This document shows, in pieces, positions 28,496-32,000 of a stretch of 32,000 nt of DNA; the stretch's first letter is position 1, and each line of letters begins with the position of its first letter. The position numbers and the translations under genes are program-made. The stretch spans positions 120,001 to 152,000 of the forward strand of contig AP027131.1 in the NCBI GenBank assembly GCA_027925225.1. The letters run 5' to 3'. Under the pieces are notes generated by a model. That model was not told where the DNA came from and did no database searches. It saw nothing but the letters and a program-made list of their open reading frames with translations. This stretch comes from Candidatus Saccharimonadota bacterium. GTDB lineage: Bacteria > Bacillota_I > Bacilli_A > Mycoplasmatales > Hepatoplasmataceae.

Positions 28496-30415
28496 ATGAA
28501 TTCAAATGTTTTTAAACATAGAATAATAGAGAAAAAATGACAAAAATATTGAAAAAAAAATAATTTATTTAAAACTAATTTAAAAAGCAAAAAAGAAAAA
28601 TTTTATGTTTTAGATATGTTTCCTTATCCTTCTGGGTCTGGTCTTCATGTTGGCCATCCAGAAGGGTATACAGCAACTGATATTATAGCAAGAATGAAGA
28701 GAATGCAAGGTTATGAAGTTTTGCATCCAATTGGTTGAGATGCATTTGGTCTTCCCGCAGAGCAGTATGCTATTAAAACTGGAAATGATCCAAAAAGTTT
28801 TACAAAAAAAAACATTAGTAATTTTAAAAAACAATTAGTTTCACTTGGTTTTTCTTTTGATTGAAGTAGAGAAGTAAATACTTCTGATCCAAAATACTAC
28901 AAATGAACACAATGAATTTTTGCAAAACTTTATAGAGAGGGTCTTGTTGAATTAAAAGATATTGAAATAAATTGATCTGAATCTTTAAATACAGTACTTG
29001 CAAATGAAGAAATAATTAAAAATGAAAACGGCGAAGATGTAGCTGAAAGAGATGGATTGCCTGTTTTTAAAAAAAATATGAAGCAATGAGTAATTTTAAT
29101 TACTAAATATGCTGATAAATTATTTGAAGGATTGGATGATTTAGATTGGCCAGATTCTTTAAAAAAAATACAAAAAAATTGAATATATGAAAAAGATGAA
29201 AATGGTAAAAATAAATTACATCTAAAAGATTGGATTTTTGCAAGACAAAGATATTGAGGAGAGCCTTTTCCTCTTATTCATTTTGATGACGGGGAAATAT
29301 ATTTAATTCCAGAAAGAAAATATCCTGTTCTTTTACCAAAAATTAAAAATTATAAATTTTCTTTAGATGGAAAACCGGCGCTTTCTAAAGCAATAAAATG
29401 AAGCAATGTAAAAATAAAAGGAAGACATGGCATAAGGGATTTAAATACAATGCCACAATGAGCTGGTTCTTGTTGATATTTTATTGCTTATCTTTTAAAA
29501 AACAATAATAATTATTTGGCTTTAGATTCTTCTAAAGCTAAAAGTATTTTAGATAAATGGCTTCCAATTGATTTATATATTGGCGGAAGAGAGCATGCTA
29601 CATCGCACTTAATATATGCAAGATTTTGAACAATGTTTTTAAGTGATATCAATATAACAAAAATAAATGAACCATTTAAAAGAATATTTAATCAGGGAAT
29701 GATTCTTGGTGAAGATAATCAAAAAATGTCTAAATCCAAAGGAAATGTAATTAATCCAAATTTTTACATTGAAAAATATGGTGCTGATACATTAAGACTA
29801 TATGAAATGTTTATGGGTCCACTTGAAGATGTAAAATCTTGATCTAATAAAAGTATTCATGGAATGCACATTTGAGTAGAAAGAGTTTATAAATTTTTTA
29901 TTGGGGAAGCAATTTATATAAAAGATGAAGAAGTTTCATTTGAAAATAAAAAAGCATTTAATAAGCTTTTAGAGAAAATAAATAATCATTTTCCTAAATT
30001 AAAATTTAATGTTTCTGTTTCTGAAATGATGATTTTTATAAATACAGTTTATAAGAATCCAAGAATTTCAAAAGAAATGGCAATAAAGTTTTTACAAATA
30101 TTATCTTGTTTTGCTCCACATATTTCTGATGAAATATATTCTAAAATTAAAAGACAACAAAAAAGCATATCTTTTGTTTCTTGACCGATTAAATATGAAT
30201 TAAAAAAAGAAGAAGAATTAAAAACAATTTTACTTCAAATAAATGGAAAAGTAAGAGCAACTTTTCAAGTTAAATTTTCTTTTGACTTGGAAAATTTAAA
30301 GCAAAAAGAAATTTTAAAATTAATATGTAAATATGCGCCAAAATATTGTACTGATAAATCAAAATTAAAAAATATTTTTATTATAAAAAATAGAATTATT
30401 TCTATAACAGTTTAA
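28496..30415 (+). CDS. leuS: Leucyl-tRNA synthetase lacking the CP1 editing domain (639 aa)
   Basis: '[17 protein letters not shown]' (HIGH), '[15 protein letters not shown]', '[14 protein letters not shown]', 'RQRYWGEPFP', 'KMSKSKGN'. Frame 2 is open 28496-30415 with TGA=Trp and absorbs track ORF 29633..29842. '[33 protein letters not shown]' shows only about 12 residues where CP1 (about 190 aa) normally sits. Confidence 0.92.
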
Positions 30416-30530
30416 CTTTAAAAATAAAAAAATAGTGTTCTGTTATTTTTTAACATTAAAACTAATGTGATAAAATTATCTTAGTATATTGTTTATCCAA
30501 TTTAATTTATATTAAATATAAACACACAAA

Positions 30531-32000
30531 ATGAATGAAAACGATATTAAAAAATTAATATTAAAACTTAAAAAACATTTAATTTTTGATAAACAAGAAA
30601 TAAAAATTTTAGAACAATTTACAAAAACAGGAAATTTATTAAAATTTATCCAATACAAAGTAATTAATGAAAATTTAGCTGATGGAAATTTTAAAAGTTA
30701 TTATTTTTCAAATAAAGATTGAATAGAAAAAGAAATTTTAAAAAAATCAGATAATTACTGAAGCTTTGTAAAGGGTGAATCTTATAGTTTTGTAGATATA
30801 AGTTCTACTTTATTTTTCTTTTTGCTAAAACCCATTTTTCTTAATTTTAAAAGCAAAAATAGAAAGGTTTCTATAATATTTATTGATGAAAAGATTTATA
30901 AAAAATTAGGTAATTATGAATCAATTATGTTTTCTAAAGAATTATTTTTAGAAAACATAATTGAAAAAGATTTAAACAAATTTAAAGAAAAAAATTGTGA
31001 TTTTGCATTGTTTATTTATAAAAAAGTAAAAGATAAATCATATTTTAAATTTATTGATTATTTTTTATTTGAAAAAGAAGATTCTAATAATTTTTATTTT
31101 AAAATAAATAAAAAATCAATTGAACCTTTAGATTTTGAGGAAATTAATAAATTAAAAAATAAAAGTAAAATTTCTTTAAGTTTTGTTGAAGAAAAATCAA
31201 AAATTATTAGAGAAACCGTTAATAATAATATAGATTCTTTTCATAAAAAAATAATAGAAAAATTAAAAGATTCTAAAGAAAATAAAGAAATAAATTTTAG
31301 CGAAATAAATAATATGATTAAAAAAGAAGGAGAATCAATAAAAGAAATACTTGAAAATTATTTTAAAAATTTAGTAAATCAAAATTCAAATGAATTAAAT
31401 ATTGAAGGAAAATTAAAAGATATTATTCAAAAATTTAATAATAAATTAACTGAAATATTTGAGAAAAAAGAAACTTCTGAAATTTCAAATATTAATTTAT
31501 TAGAAGAAAAAATTAATGATTTAAAAGAAAAAATTGATGAAGAATTAAATGAGAGGTTTTTTGAATCAATAAATGTTGAAGGAATAATAGAATTAAATAA
31601 AAAAGAATTAGTTAATCAAATAGATAATTTAAAAATTGATATTAAAAGCGAGAGAGAAGATTTTTCAAAAACCTTAGATTTAAAGCTTCAAAAATTTTTT
31701 GAAAAAATTCTTAAATCAGAAGAAATAAATTCTACTTTTGATATTAACGATATTAAAAAGCAAATTAAATTTGAAAATGAAAAATTACAACAAATTTTTG
31801 ATAAAAAATTTGAAAAATATGTAGAAAATGTTCAAAAAAATAACACATCAATTGTTTCTTTTGAATTAAAAAATTTAAAAGATCAAATAAACTTTAGACA
31901 AAAAGAATTTGAAAAAACATTAACATCAAGTTTTGAAAATATTATCCAAAATCAAGAAAAAATAGGTAGTTTAAAATATGAATTAGAATCTTTTATAAAT
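30531..32000 (+). CDS. Large hypothetical protein: ~190-aa N-terminal globular region followed by an extended Lys/Glu/Asn-rich coiled coil (490+ aa, 3' end outside window)
   Basis: ATG 30531 (track ORF 30531..30722). Frame 3 stays open to the window end with only two in-frame TGAs. The sequence after about residue 200 is heptad-like (..LKEKIDEELNERFFESINVEGIIELNKKELVNQIDNLKIDIKSERE..). Confidence 0.6.

Noticed and set aside
28473-28526. Short upstream ORF (ATG 28473, 17 codons) overlapping the leuS start.
   Set aside because: It is out of frame with leuS, has no Shine-Dalgarno, and is of a length expected by chance.
30416-30530. A possible terminator or hairpin after leuS (TTAAAAATAA..TTATTTTTTAA) and the small palindrome GATAAAATTATC.
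   Set aside because: The stems are imperfect and made only of A-T pairs, so they cannot be distinguished from background in this composition.

Overview
Very AT-rich Mollicutes (Mycoplasma-like) chromosomal segment that reads UGA as Trp (translation table 4). The supplied standard-code ORF track therefore splits almost every gene, so I re-joined same-frame fragments across in-frame TGA. There are about 30 genes, all but 2-3 on the + strand. Left to right: two ABC-2 permeases; a tight tRNA-Tyr/Gln/Lys/Leu cluster; a membrane protein, a Kv-type K+ channel and enolase; a small basic protein plus a membrane-anchored reprolysin-like metalloprotease; thrS; and a 7-kb ABC cluster (two permeases, one fused double-NBD ATPase, two more permeases). 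This is followed by the conserved Firmicute backbone engB, rpmB (-), yloV-plsX-rnc-smc-ftsY-ylxM-ffh and rpsP-rimM-trmD-rplS. The right end holds a small accessory patch (a degenerate KAP-like NTPase convergent with a PemK/MazF-like ORF), leuS, and a large coiled-coil protein running off the window. I saw no rRNA, CRISPR array, IS element or integrase. Most notable: (1) ThrRS starts directly at its catalytic core, with no N1/TGS or N2 editing domains. (2) LeuRS has its CP1 editing domain replaced by a ~12-residue linker, so two editing-less synthetases lie in one window. (3) Enolase has amide substitutions at two of its three Mg-ligand carboxylates. (4) Several orphan or degenerate accessory proteins are listed below. 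All functional calls rest on motif recognition by eye, since no database search was possible.
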